Of a stretch of DNA of 64,000 nt, positions 27,963-40,423 are shown in pieces (the stretch's first letter is position 1; every line of letters begins with the position of its first letter). Below the pieces are notes generated by a model. That model saw nothing but the letters and a program-made list of their open reading frames with translations. It was not told where the DNA came from and made no database searches. The translations under genes were made by a program, and so were the position numbers. Source of the stretch: Glycera tridactyla (Eukaryota); NCBI GenBank assembly GCA_965644265.1, contig OZ286467.1, positions 11,036,001 through 11,100,000 of the forward strand, in the 5' to 3' direction.

Positions 27963-28853
27963 GATGCCCTGATCCCTTGGGCTGCCAAAGGGGACTAGAG
28001 AACAGTACTACCACTAAGATGCCCTGATCCCTTGGGCTGCCGAAGGGGAATAGAGGATAGTACTATGACTAAGATGCCTGGTTCAGGGGACTGCCAAAGG
28101 GGAATTGGGAACAGTACTACAACTAATGTGCCCTGGCCCAGTGGGCTGCCAAAGAGGAATAGGGAGCAGTACTACCATAAGATGCCCTGGTCCAGTGGAC
28201 GATCAAAGGTAAAGAGGGAACAGTACTACCACTAATATGCCCTGGTCCAGTGGGCTACCAAAGGGGAATAGGGAGCAGTACTACCACTAAGATGCCATGG
28301 TCCAGTGGGCTGCCAAAGGGGACTAGGGAACAGTACTACCACTGAGATGTCATGGTCCAGTGGGCTGCCAAAGGGGAAGAGGGAACAGTACTACCACTAA
28401 GACGCCCTGGTCCAGTGGACTATCAAAGGTGAAGAGGGAACAGTACTACCACTAAGACGCCCTGGTCCAGTGGACTATCAAAAGTGAAGAGGGAACAGTA
28501 CTACCACTAAGATGTCATGGTCCAGTGGGCTGCCAAAGAGGAATAGAGAGCAGTACAAGCACTAAGATGCCCTGATCCAGTGGGCTGCCAAAGGGGATTA
28601 GGGAACAGTACTACCACTAAGATGTCATGGTCCAGTGGGCTGCCAAAGGGGAATAGGGAGCATTACAAGCACTAAGATGCCCTGGTCCAGTGGGCTACCA
28701 AAGGGGAATAGGGAGCAGTACTACCACTAAGATGCTATGGTCCAGTGGACTATCAAAGGTGAAGAGGGAACAGTACTACCACTAAGATGTCATGGCCCAG
28801 TGAGCGGCCAACGGGGAATAGGAAACAGTAATACTTCTGAGATTCCCTGGTCA
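27963..28853. repeat. 55-bp minisatellite, about 16 copies
   Basis: Unit GATGCCCTGGTCCAGTGGGCTGCCAAAGGGGAATAGGGAACAGTACTACCACTAA; starts at 27963, 28018, 28073. Confidence 0.95.
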
Positions 28854-31027
28854 CTTGTTTGTTGTAGAACTGCCACCGTCCGAGCACTGTCATAAACATT
28901 TCATCAATGTGAAATGATATTTGAGGAAGCTGTATCTAGTTTGATGTCTTAAAACAATTCTATCCATCATGGAAATTGAGTAAATCGGCAATAAGAGCAA
29001 CTCAATCCAAAAATGATCTCATTTTGGTGCTGATCACCAAATAACCGAGCTCTTTCAAATAGTGTCATTGCTCATACAAAATAGTCCCCTCATATTGGCA
29101 TGATCTGATCCTTTTGAAATCACATTGCAGGACCACCAAGTGGAATATGAATTCACTGAATCTCTATGCATTCTTGTTGTTGTAACAAAGATGAGTTGTG
29201 TGTGGACCTTTTTTTCTTGGCATACCTAATGTGAAATAGTGCTCTGAGTAAGTGTCATGCTCCAGCTCCAAATAGTGTTTAAAGGGTGCCCTAAAAGGCC
29301 AGGAGCCCTTCAAATAAACTGGCACATCCCACTTGTGCAGGTGGAGGTACCCAAATGCTTACCCGATGAGTGTGTCAGTTTTGAGACGGGGCAGCTTGAT
29401 GGTGGACAATAACAATGTTTTTATGTGTGAAAATGCAGGTGTTTGAGATAGTGAATTGAACAAAATCTCCACTATACGCCTTGGCACTCTTGTTCCCATT
29501 CGGCACCACTGAATATTTGTCATAGTGGGCATGTTCCCAATGATTCACATAACCGATGTCAATGGGTGGGTCATCAATTATTTAGCTGAGATTACTAGGA
29601 TCAGGCGACGGGTGTAGCGATTGGAGCACTCTGAATAAATGATGCCATATCGACCTATATAGATCATCACTTAGATAGGGTGTGAACTGATCAAAGGAAG
29701 CAGATATACTCATCATCTTCTGCCATCATCATGGGAATTGAATCGTGGGGCTCCTTCTGTCCTCCTCAGGAAGCAGTTTGGTGTGAATGTTAGGACAACA
29801 ACGAAGATGGTGATGATGGTGGCGAAGGAAGGGTGATTGCAGTGGCGGTGACTTTGACTTCGACCTTGCAGCAACAAAGATTTTGACGTGAAACTTTGCA
29901 AAAGTGCAGACGCAGACGCAATTGTGTGGATGCCACCTCTCACCGACTTCATTGAGGTGAGGTTGAATAGAGATCAAGAAAAACAGAAAAGAAAAAGGAG
30001 AGAAAGAAGATGAGGAAGAGAGGAAGAAGAGGAGAAAGCAGGAGAAGGCGAAGAAGGAANNNNNNNNNNNNNNNNNNNNNNNNNNNNNNNNNNNNNNNNN
30101 NNNNNNNNNNNNNNNNNNNNNNNNNNNNNNNNNNNNNNNNNNNNNNNNNNNNNNNNNNNNNNNNNNNNNNNNNNNNNNNNNNNNNNNNNNNNNNNNNNNN
30201 NNNNNNNNNNNNNNNNNNNNNNNNNNNNNNNNNNNNNNNNNNNNNNNNNNNNNNNNNNNNNNNNNNNNNNNNNNNNNNNNNNNNNNNNNNNNNNNNNNNN
30301 NNNNNNNNNNNNNNNNNNNNNNNNNNNNNNNNNNNNNNNNNNNNNNNNNNNNNNNNNNNNNNNNNNNNNNNNNNNTCAGTATTCTGCACGCCAACATCTA
30401 AACATTGATTCTCTGGGTATCTAAGTAATACCTCCAGCACCATCTCTCTCTCATCCTTGAGGCAAGGAGGTTCCGACGGAGATGCATGCAAGCCAAACTC
30501 CCAATGGGAAAGAAGGCGTCTTTTTGCTACTAATGATTGTGTTTATTACTATTAATATAATTCTGGCAGGGAAGGCATTCATTGGCTATTCCCTGCTCAT
30601 TTTGTCTGAGTGGAAGCTTCTCTTCCATCGTATCGATGTTCTGTCTCCCGTGAGTTGCTTGGATCACCGACTAGTATCCTGCGTGGTAGCCCGATTGAGT
30701 TATGATTTGCTACAATAATATGAACGGGTGAACTGGAGCTCCGTGACGGACGCCATTAAGATACCACAGGCTGCGGTCTCTTCATTTAATTTCGTCAATA
30801 CAGTTACACACAAGTGTTCTTGGATGACGAACAATACAAACATACAAATCAGCTACGATACATGCAGAACGATGATGGTATTTACAGTGAATGGACTGAG
30901 ATGTGATGAATGATATGAAGATGCGATGATAGTGACCCTAGTCCAATGTCGACTTATCTATCAATTCAAATTTCACATCAGGTAAGCTATAGCATTTATG
31001 AGATATGAACACGTGAGGTGTTTAGTA

Positions 31028-31203
31028 GATTGATTGATTGGTTGATGTTTAACGGCATGTATCAACTCAAAGGATTATGTATGCCGCGTGTTCCTTGTCA
31101 ATGAAGGCTAGATGTTCAGTTCCCTACAGGCATCACTTACACAAACCCTGAACACAAGATAATGGGGAACCTAAGGGGTTGTCATTTCAGACACATCTCT
31201 ACG
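31028..31203 (-). mobile_element. SINE-like family A copy
   Basis: (GATT)n then GGCATGTATCAACTCAAAGGATTATGTATGCCG...AAACCCTGAACACAAGATAATGGGGAACC...TTCAGACACATCTCTAC. Confidence 0.75.
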
Positions 31204-33344
31204 ACAACAAGAGAAAAGGGACAAACAGGCTAACGGGCAAACAAGCTGAAAATTGATTGATTGATTGATTGACCGACTGCTGCCAGCCGGATGTATCCCG
31301 AAGCCAACTGTTTCCTGGGTGGACTGTGTCTGGGGGAATGGCGGGAAATGTGTCAGATACTTCCAGCAGATGGCAGGTATAGAAAAGTAGTGCTACATCC
31401 AGGCACTATTTACCGGCCGCATCACGCCATATTCACACTAACTGATCCATCCATACCACCAATCTACACTACACCAGTATCCACCAATCCTGCCATGCAC
31501 CGATACGTGCCAGTCCTAACTCATAATTCTACCATTTCTAACCCACCCTTACCTGCCAGTATTTTCATCATATAACATCGGTGGAGGGATCAGACATAAA
31601 TGAGGATACGCTGAATATCACTAATTTGTGACCTAGATTCGACCTGTATTCCATGCTGTTTTAATAGGTCGCGAGTAAATAACATTGACAAATAGATCAA
31701 AAGTTGTATGCAATATTTTCATAGTACGAAATTGTGATTTTCCAATGAGACAATGCAAGAACTTCATCCTTGTCAAAATAGTGAGAGATGTGACGAAAGC
31801 CACGATGCTACAGCGAGTTTTATTTAGATGCGGAATAGTTTAATGATCATGGCCGACCTCGCGTGTATAGCTGTTTAGGGAGTGGAGTTTTTACTGGTGG
31901 AATCCAGCTACTCGAGCACAAATTCAAATAATGTGTAATTCTTTGATAAGTTACGTTCATGCGCCTCCCACTTACACGTCACAATGCTAGATTTCCCATG
32001 ATTCCTCACCTCTGACCTTCAACCAGATCCCTGGATCGACTTCAAGGTCAGAATACATTCATTCTATACGGCAGATCGGCAACTTCCAACCAACAAACTA
32101 CAGTACTCAAACTCACCTGGCTATCCCGATGAAGGGTCCAAGACGTCAGATTGGATTCAGACGTTTCCATAATCATATGATATGTTACCACCATCATAGT
32201 AAAGCACAGAAAATGATGGAAAAAAGTCTTAAATGTGAAGTTACCAAGTTGTCGGTTTTTTTTCGTAATGTCTTCCAATCGGTTACCTGAATTCAGATTA
32301 TACGTTTCCATCTGCAATGTGTAGGATATCCCGATTGCATATAGACATGTACAGTCGCAACTGCTTCAAAATGTCTTTTACTAGGCATAAAGCTTTCCTG
32401 AGCGACCTTTCACCTTGTCAAAGTAGTATCAATTCAATCCACCTGCACTAAGCATCAAGCATTGGTAGTACCTTGCAATAAGCAAAGTGCTTTCTTTAGC
32501 AACCAGTTTGTTCACATTGCCAGAGAAATCTACCTACCCTAAGCACAAACCCGGTGATAGCATTAACTTCTGTGTCTTCCCTTGGTTGTATGCCCAGGCC
32601 AGATCCACGCTTAGGACAGTTCTATGCTGAAGAGACCGATGCTGGCGAACATCAGGAGAAGAAACACATTTTATAAAACACAGTCATTATTAACTTCGCA
32701 AAGATAGTCTCGCCTTCTACCTACATCTTGGATCTTCCCGCCAAGACATGAACGGACAAACCACCAAGCAATAGGTTAGGATGCTGACGTGACATTTTTC
32801 AAGGTCAATGTCTACTTGTCAATTTCAGCCACATCAACCCTCTATGGGCTAGAGTACTATGGATGTTTTTACGAGCAATTACATATGCAGCTCATCTCCA
32901 TAACCAGACAGATTCATGAGACGACTACAAAAAGCTCGAGTGCATAACCCTCGAGTGCGACACCAAGATTGAATGGGATTAAAAGGGATCACTCGTGTAT
33001 ATAGATAAACAAGTCCTAAGTAGAGGATTGACTTTTATCTATCATCTTTCACATGTGAATAGTGTTCCGGGAACTGTCACGTTATAATACGATCTCTTTG
33101 TCCCATACTTATCGGACCGAGCGAAGAGCCAATGTTGAAGATTTGACCTTGTCATCTTTTGTGGAGAATCTGACCTTGTGATCATATGTTGTCCCATCTT
33201 GCTGGGATGAACCCGAGACTATAACCAGTCAATAAACCAACCAACCAAACTGGTCAAATTAAAAAGGAGCTATAGAGTAGCTATACTAACAAATTGAACA
33301 ACATTCAAAATCGATAGGGCAGTGAACAAGTTGACAGTGAGCAA

Positions 33345-33985
33345 GTGGTATTGGTGGTGGTATTGGTGGTGGTGTGGTGGTGGTGTGGTGGTATTGGTGG
33401 TGGGGATAGTGGTGGTAGTGGTGGTGGAGGTGGTGGTGTTACTGGTGGTGGTGGTGGTGGAGGTGGTGGTGATGATGGTGGTGGTGGTGGTGACTGTGGC
33501 ATTGGTGGTGGTGGTGGTGGTATTGGTGGCGGTGGTGTGGTGGTATTATTGGTATTGGTGGTGGTTTTGGAGGTGGTGGTAGAAGTGGTGGTGGTAGTAG
33601 TGGTGGAGGTAGTGGTGGTGATGGTGGTGGAGGTGGAGGTGGAGGTGTTGGTGGCTGTGGTGGTAGTGGTGGTAGAGATGGTGGTTGTGGTGGTGGTAGA
33701 GATGGTGGTGGTAGTGGTGGTGGAGGTGGTGGTGTTACTGGTAGTGGTGGTGATGATGGTGGTGGTGGTAGTGATTGTGGTATTGGTGGTGGTGTGGTGG
33801 TATTGTTNNNNNNNNNNNNNNNNNNNNNNNNNNNNNNNNNNNNNNNNNNNNNNNNNNNNNNNNNNNNNNNNNNNNNNNNNNNNNNNNNNNNNNNNNNNNN
33901 NNNNNNNNNNNNNNNNNNNNNNNNNNNNNNNNNNNNNNNNNNNNNNNNNNNNNNNNNNNNNGTGGTGATGGTGGTGGGGGTGGTT
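33345..33985. repeat. Imperfect (GGT)n trinucleotide array, interrupted by a gap
   Basis: Direct reading. Confidence 0.95.
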
Positions 33986-34424
33986 NNNNNNNNNNNNNNN
34001 NNNNNNNNNNNNNNNNNNNNNNNNNNNNNNNNNNNNNNNNNNNNNNNNNNNNNNNNNNNNNNNNNNNNNNNNNNNNNNNNNNNNNNNNNNNNNNNNNNNN
34101 NNNNNNNNNNNNNNNNCACTGTGGCTACGGTGGTGATCACTGATTTCAACCTCCTTGACCCAAGACAGCCTGATTCCTCTCTTCGATGATTCTATGGTCA
34201 AGGCTATTGATTTTCTGATATCAAGCATTCTACAACGGTGATTACCNNNNNNNNNNNNNNNNNNNNNNNNNNNNNNNNNNNNNNNNNNNNNNNNNNNNNN
34301 NNNNNNNNNNNNNNNNNNNNNNNNNNNNNNNNNNNNNNNNNNNNNNNNNNNNNNNNNNNNNNNNNNNNNNNNNNNNNNNNNNNNNNNNNNNNNNNNNNNN
34401 NNNNNNNNNNNNNNNNNNNNTTAA

Positions 34425-34535
34425 CACCTCCACCACCACCACCACCACCACCACCACCACCACCACCACCACCACCACCACCACCGCCGCCGCCGCCGTC
34501 ATCCACACCACTGCCACCGCAATCGCCAACCACCA
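34425..34535. repeat. (CCA)n array
   Basis: Direct reading. Confidence 0.95.
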
Positions 34536-34799
34536 AAAAGAATGTTGATAATACTGATTATTCTCACAAATAATCGCAAGCAATGCCTTCAAATGATGGC
34601 GGCTGTTGTGCAACTCTTCCGACGTTTCTACGGCTCTACCCAGATGAATCTCAAGTCATGTTTTCGGTAACTATGCAGTTTTTCTGGGTGTTCTACTCGC
34701 TTGCACCATGATTGCACACATCACATGCGCACTCGTGTAAAAACTCCTACGTCGTAAATCAGGCTCGCTCGTAACCGGAGATCACCGCGTAGTACGAGC

Positions 34800-34872
34800 A
34801 GAGCAAGGTCAAGTTCGAACCTGCTGCCCTTCAAGCACCGGGTCCATGCCATTACCACCCAGCTATCATTTC
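34800..34872 (-). mobile_element. tRNA-derived SINE head (degenerate)
   Basis: Minus strand A-box TAGCTGGGTGG (34865-34855) and B-box GGTTCGAACTT (34821-34811), 33 nt apart; no cloverleaf established. Confidence 0.4.
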
Positions 34873-35693
34873 ACCAATCAATAGGTACTATCAGAACCGC
34901 GTGATTGTCGCCACAATTTTGCTGATTTTTCATGTAATTCCTACGCACTGGGCACATACTGGGATTCTGTGGTATGTTTAGTTATTAGTGAAATGGGTCT
35001 GAGGTGCAGTAGTGGCTGCCAACTATCATCTCTAGGAGCAAGCAGAGCACACGAGATTGCGTAATAAGCCTCTCATTCATAGTTTACAACTCTGGCATCA
35101 GTCCAGGGGCCCATCTACGAGTCAATACGGGGGGGGGGGGGGGGGGGGGGCACCGGACGTTCAAGTCATCGATCGACGCCAGTTTCAATTTTAGGCCACT
35201 TACAACTTGAGCGGTTGTAAATACGTCCACGCATGCGCGGAAAAATTGTCCCCCCTTGTCACCCTGGTTTGGTCGCGACATGACGTCACGTTCTTCTGGT
35301 TGTTTAGTGACATCACGATTCAGTTGTTGGGTTTTGGACAATATCGCGATAGCGGTAGATAATTTCAGTGGTGATTCAGTGTACAACAATGACATTCGGA
35401 TAATAACGCGGTAATAGACTTATTCCCCGAGAGCTAATCACCAAATAGCTAGGATGATATATACATGTCTTTTCTGATTAAGAAGAAACACTAGTCAAGT
35501 CGGCACCCATGTGAGAAACGACCTCTGCGAAGATACGGTAGATTATAGACAGTGCAAAGAGCGCGTGTCACTCTCGGGGATGGCTCGGTGGCTCAGTGGT
35601 TGGGGTGCTAGCAGTATGTTGCTGGCGGTGTTGACACACATACCACGTACCTATATCGCCTGTGCATCATTTCAATGACTAGTCTTTTTTATT

Positions 35694-38041
35694 TAGTCCA
35701 TTGGTCAGTCCTATACTTACAATAGCCAACCTAGAAATGTTCCCTACCCTGAAGTTTTTTGATGGATTTGTACTCTCATGGGGTCCCCAAGCAAATTTAG
35801 CTTGGTTGTCGAAACGACAACCTTGAGCAATTTTGCTAATTTGCACAAATCCAAAATGGCCGCCAATGGCCATCTTGAAAATCTAACTTTTGAATGGATT
35901 GACATAGAATGAAATGTAATACCTCTTTTTGCAGGTTTTGGGGGTCACAGAATCCATTACTGGCATTGTTCCATTGATTTGGGACATTCTGGTCGAGTAA
36001 ATGGTTGTTTGTGTAATGTTTGATGCATAGTCCGGCAGCCAAATGGCATTTTTGGGCTGTACCCCTCAAAATTCTGGGGAAACCATTTCAATTCATTTTC
36101 TTCATCTCTAGCATACCTAGGTTCAGGATCAATTGGGTGTAGACATCTCACCCCGAAGCATTCCAAGATATCCAAGATGGCCACCAAAATGGCTGCCAGG
36201 GTTAGGGAATTAGTCTTTAGAGTATATCTCAAGGAATAATGATGCTAGCATATTTCCAGGTATCAGGAATCTGATAGAAATATCATTTTGAAGATTTGTA
36301 GGGTTTCAAGCATTGAAAATATAAAATATTGACCCAAACTGTCAGAAACGACAGTGAAATAAACTTTTTGGCATCCTGATCAGCCTCCAGCATCATGTGC
36401 ATGGACATATATAGACAGTAAGAATCATTTGAAAGAGAATATGGGTGCCTGTGGTTCCTTCAGAAAGGTACATGTCTGATTCAATTCTGTTTCACCAATC
36501 TGACCGGCCTATCATGCAGTGAATAGGCTATTGAAGACATGAAATAAATTCATCAGAATCCTGGACATTTGCACATACATGTTTAAACACATACAACTTT
36601 CAGTTCACAAAGGTGTCTGAACTGTAAGCTACTCCCACTTGACAACTTTTCAGCTTCCAAATAATCTTGTGTTTAGGGATTGTGCAAGTGATGCTTCCAG
36701 GGAGAGGACATCTAGCTTCTATATACCAAGAACATAATCCCCTGGGTTGATACATGCCATTAAACCTCAAACAGAACAAAACATATCTGTTCACATAGAG
36801 TTGAAGTTGACCAAAAAGTGTAGTAAGCCTATTATCTGTGTATCCATGATGCATCAGTCAGAATATAAAGGCAGCATGAGCATGCATGCACTATAATACA
36901 GCAGTCATGTGAACCAAATGAATCATTGCTACTGACAACTGGCACCGGCATATCCTGGGACCTTCCTATTCATGAATAAATGAGAGATACTCATAATAAT
37001 CTGACATCAACACATTCCTAAACTGAGTTTGAACATTCGAGAAAAGCATAATAGAATTACGAAGCAGCAGTACATACTGGTGCCCTAATAATCATCACAG
37101 TCTGAGCATGACTTGAAACACTGACAGCTATAAGGTGGATCATTGAATACTAAGGAGATTCATATGATGAGGCTCATAATTAACAAATAGTTGACCAACT
37201 GATACTATTCATCACTGAATCTGGTTTGGTCAACATTCTCAAAATTGGTCAACATTTTCAGGTCGATAGCAGTAGATGGATGTATGCAAGCACTGTTTCA
37301 AAATACTGTCTAACTCTCATTTCATAAGCTGGGACCATTGTCACTTATATGGGATCTCATAAGGTTCAGGCCATTTCTTACAGTGAGACCGAGCTATGTC
37401 ATCTGAATACCCTGATGAGAAGTGCATGTACCAATATTCTGAAACAGATGCGGCAATTCAGTGATTCGTCAGATTTGGAATATAGAAGATATAGGGGTAG
37501 ATATGAGAATGCAATGCGATAGAATTTACATATTCCCGTGTGAATATGCAAACTGAATCATCATCCAAAGTTCACTTGAAAGAATGAATGGGTGAAAGGG
37601 AATTGTACAGAAATGATGATAACCATTTCTCCCAATTACATCTATGGTGAGGATGAAAGTGAATGTTTGAAACATGGACTGAGGGGTACAGCCCAAAAAT
37701 ACCATTTGGCTGCCGGACTATGCATCAAACAGTACACAAACAACCATTTACTCGACCAGAATGTCCCAAATCAATGGAACAATGCCAGTAATGGATTCTG
37801 TGACCCCCAAAACCTGCAAAAAGAGGTATTACATTTCATTCTATGTCAATCCATTCAAAAGTTAGATTTTCAAGATGGCCATTGGCGGCCATTTTGGATT
37901 TATGCAAATTAGCAAAATTGCTCAAGGTTGTCGTTTCGACAACCAAGCTAAATTTGCTTGGGGACCCCATAGGAGTACAAATCCATCAAAAAACTTCAGG
38001 GTAGGGAACATTTCTAGGTTCATGAAATGACCAGTGGACTA
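35694..38041. mobile_element. Non-autonomous DNA transposon with long TIRs, Academ-like termini
   Basis: Inverted repeats 35694-36068 and 37680-38041, 5 mismatches over the 341-bp core plus one indel near the end; termini TAGTCCA...TGGACTA; flanked by ATT on both sides (35691-35693, 38042-38044). Superfamily assignment is inference. Confidence 0.8.
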
Positions 38042-38056
38042 ATTGGGGGGGGGGGG

Positions 38057-38145
38057 GGCGTAGTGGCTCAGCGGCCAGGGGTACTGGCGATTTTCTGCTT
38101 GTGTTGAGTGCGCAACGCAGAGGTGCTGTGTTCAACCCAACTATA
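38057..38145 (+). mobile_element. tRNA-derived SINE-like head (degenerate)
   Basis: A-box TGGCTCAGCGG (38064-38074); B-box-like GTTCAACCC (38130-38138). Confidence 0.3.
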
Positions 38146-39232
38146 GGTCAGGGGCATTCAATACCTTTTACGCACCTGTTGCCTATGCACCATATCACTT
38201 ATATGAATTCTTGCTACCTGAGGGGTTCCCCGTGATGACGTCATTGGACTTCCGTTTGACTCGGGCAGGCGATCATCCCAAAACCTACGTTCTTTCACAG
38301 TCAAGGCTAGAATAGTCAGATACATCAACAATACAGTCCATCAATTTGTTATCATACCAAGACCGCATGACGCATTGACAGCGACCAAGTACGAATGACT
38401 GACCTACTGTATTTTTCATGAAATGCATGCCTGAAGTCATATGACATTTCGATTCATGAAAAAAATGCGCTGAATCATACAAAAACCAGACAGTGGGTTT
38501 TCTATGTGAGGATGAATTATATGTTTCCCACGTTTTCTTCTGGGGTTCATATTATTTTGACACAATGCCGGCGACCCAGCCCTGGGGCCATCAGGTTCAA
38601 ATTGGACTTGTGACATTAAAACAGGGCGGGGATTGATATGTAGATCAAGGTAATCCTTGTTTTCGAGGGTGACTGCAACATGTTGGGTTCAAAACACAGA
38701 AATGAACATGAGCTACAAACTACCAGGGCTGGGTGATGGTGTGAGCGCCTAAGTGACATCTGATAACAATGTTCCTAGTTTAGCTAAACCTCCTTTCTTA
38801 TAGCGCTATAAGTGACTTCAAGCTAGCTACCATAAGAAAGAAGGTTTTGAAAGTCAAAAGGCCTAGCTTTGTGCCTCGCCAAGATCAGACCTGCCAACTA
38901 TAAATTGCAAACAAAAGCACCTGGAAGACGTATGATATCAGATTATCAGAGTGTTGAACAACATGTCCATCGATCAGGTTTCTGAATTACACCATCGTTT
39001 AATATTCCAACACCACTGGACCTCAAACATGACCCCATTGACTCGTTCCCCGGCGACCACGTATGTTGGTACGGAGTGCATATTAAAATGTGAAAGCGAG
39101 GACAAGAAGCTTGTACGAATCCTCCAACGCCAAGTCATTATTCAGCTTTCTCTTTTTCAGAGCACCAGTCTGAATTTACAACTGACTGGTGCATATTATG
39201 TCGAGAATGTTAATCGAGAATTCCCTTTCCAG

Positions 39233-39643
39233 TAGTGTTGGGCCGATGATTGGAAAATAACCGATGATTGATTGGAATCAGTACCAATTCTGATGATTGG
39301 TTTGAAAATTTGCAATCGAATACAATCGGTTCAGTATATATGAGATCAATCTTCATGCATGCAAATGCTAGAAAATTGGATATTCTGCTAAATTACAATG
39401 TGACTGGCTGTATTCAGGCTCATCACTTTGATAATTCCAGTACTGGGTGCACCATAATGGGCAAATGTGCAGAAACTAAGTGTTGCATTCTTCTTCCACT
39501 CAAGTAAGAATTACCAAAACCAAGTCTCCAACCACCCCAGTGACTGATAGAATGCAGGATGGCCGAACCGATTGCAACCAATCATCGGTTGGTTCAGTCC
39601 AACCAATCATCAATGGTAAATTTGCGACCGATTCCCAACACTA
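39233..39643. mobile_element. hAT-type MITE, 411 bp
   Basis: 10-bp TIR TAGTGTTGGG...CCCAACACTA; perfect 8-bp TSD CTTTCCAG at 39225-39232 and 39644-39651; subterminal ATGATTGG motifs on the left, inverted (CCAATCAT) on the right. Confidence 0.9.
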
Positions 39644-39954
39644 CTTTCCAGGTATCTCTCGTGTCGTTGGTTTGACTAAAATTGCAGTTTTAGGTGCGGG
39701 TTGAGTGCTCAAATTTGGACCTACAAGCTTCGGATGGAACACCAAATTCAAGGACCGTGAACCATGTCTGGTGGAGCTATATATTTGTGACCAGGTCACC
39801 AGGAACAGGGTTCCCTCCATGCTCCTAGAAGCGACAGTCAGAGAAAGGAAATATCAGCGGGGAAAACTCGATAAACTATAGTGGCAGATAATTCGAACCT
39901 GTATGAATTACACAGATGTTAACATCCATAGTCATTCATTCATTCATGAATTTG

Positions 39955-40360
39955 ATCAGTCAGTCAGTCAATCAGTCAGTTGGTCGNNNNNNNNNNNNNN
40001 NNNNNNNNNNNNNNNNNNNNNNNNNNNNNNNNNNNNNNNNNNNNNNNNNNNNNNNNNNNNNNNNNNNNNNNNNNNNNNNNNNNNNNNNNNNNNNNNNNNN
40101 NNNNNNNNNNNNNNNNNNNNNNNNNNNNNNNNNNNNNNNNNNNNNNNNNNNNNNNNNNNNNNNNNNNNNNNNNNNNNNNNNNNNNNNNNNNNNNNNNNNN
40201 NNNNNNNNNNNNNNNNNNNNNNNNNNNNNNNNNNNNNNNNNNNNNNNNNNNNNNNNNNNNNNNNNNNNNNNNNNNNNNNNNNNNNNNNNNNNNNNNNNNN
40301 NNNNNNNNNNNNNNNNNNNNNNNNNNNNNNNNNNTCATCCAACCGTTCATCCATCCATCC

Positions 40361-40392
<32 letters not shown>

Positions 40393-40423
40393 ATCAAGCA
40401 AGCAAGCAAGCAAGCAAGCAATC
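39955..40423. repeat. Compound tetranucleotide microsatellite (TCAG/TCCA/TCAA/GCAA) with gap; LINE target site
   Basis: Direct reading; degenerate 4-mers resume after the LINE at 46723-46765. Confidence 0.9.

Noticed and set aside
27963-28853. CRISPR-like regularity here and at 47834-48210
   Set aside because: Units are contiguous with no unique spacers, there are no cas genes, and the context is eukaryotic: minisatellites.
33305-34613. Long Thr/Pro/Val/Gly-rich ORFs resembling mucins or extensins
   Set aside because: Stop-free translations of (GGT/CCA)n arrays and N gaps; open in several frames.
35581-35599. Pol III A-box TGGCTCAGTGG suggesting a tRNA gene
   Set aside because: No B-box or cloverleaf downstream; at most a SINE relic. 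No true tRNA or rRNA gene is supported in the window.
35836-37912. Near-identical ORF pair (35836-36069 minus; 37592-37912 plus)
   Set aside because: Incidental reading frames in the two TIR arms; no recognisable protein motifs.
38285-38482. Cys-containing minus ORF faintly like SWIM-associated transposon proteins
   Set aside because: No complete CxC...CxH motif; the similarity is too weak to support.
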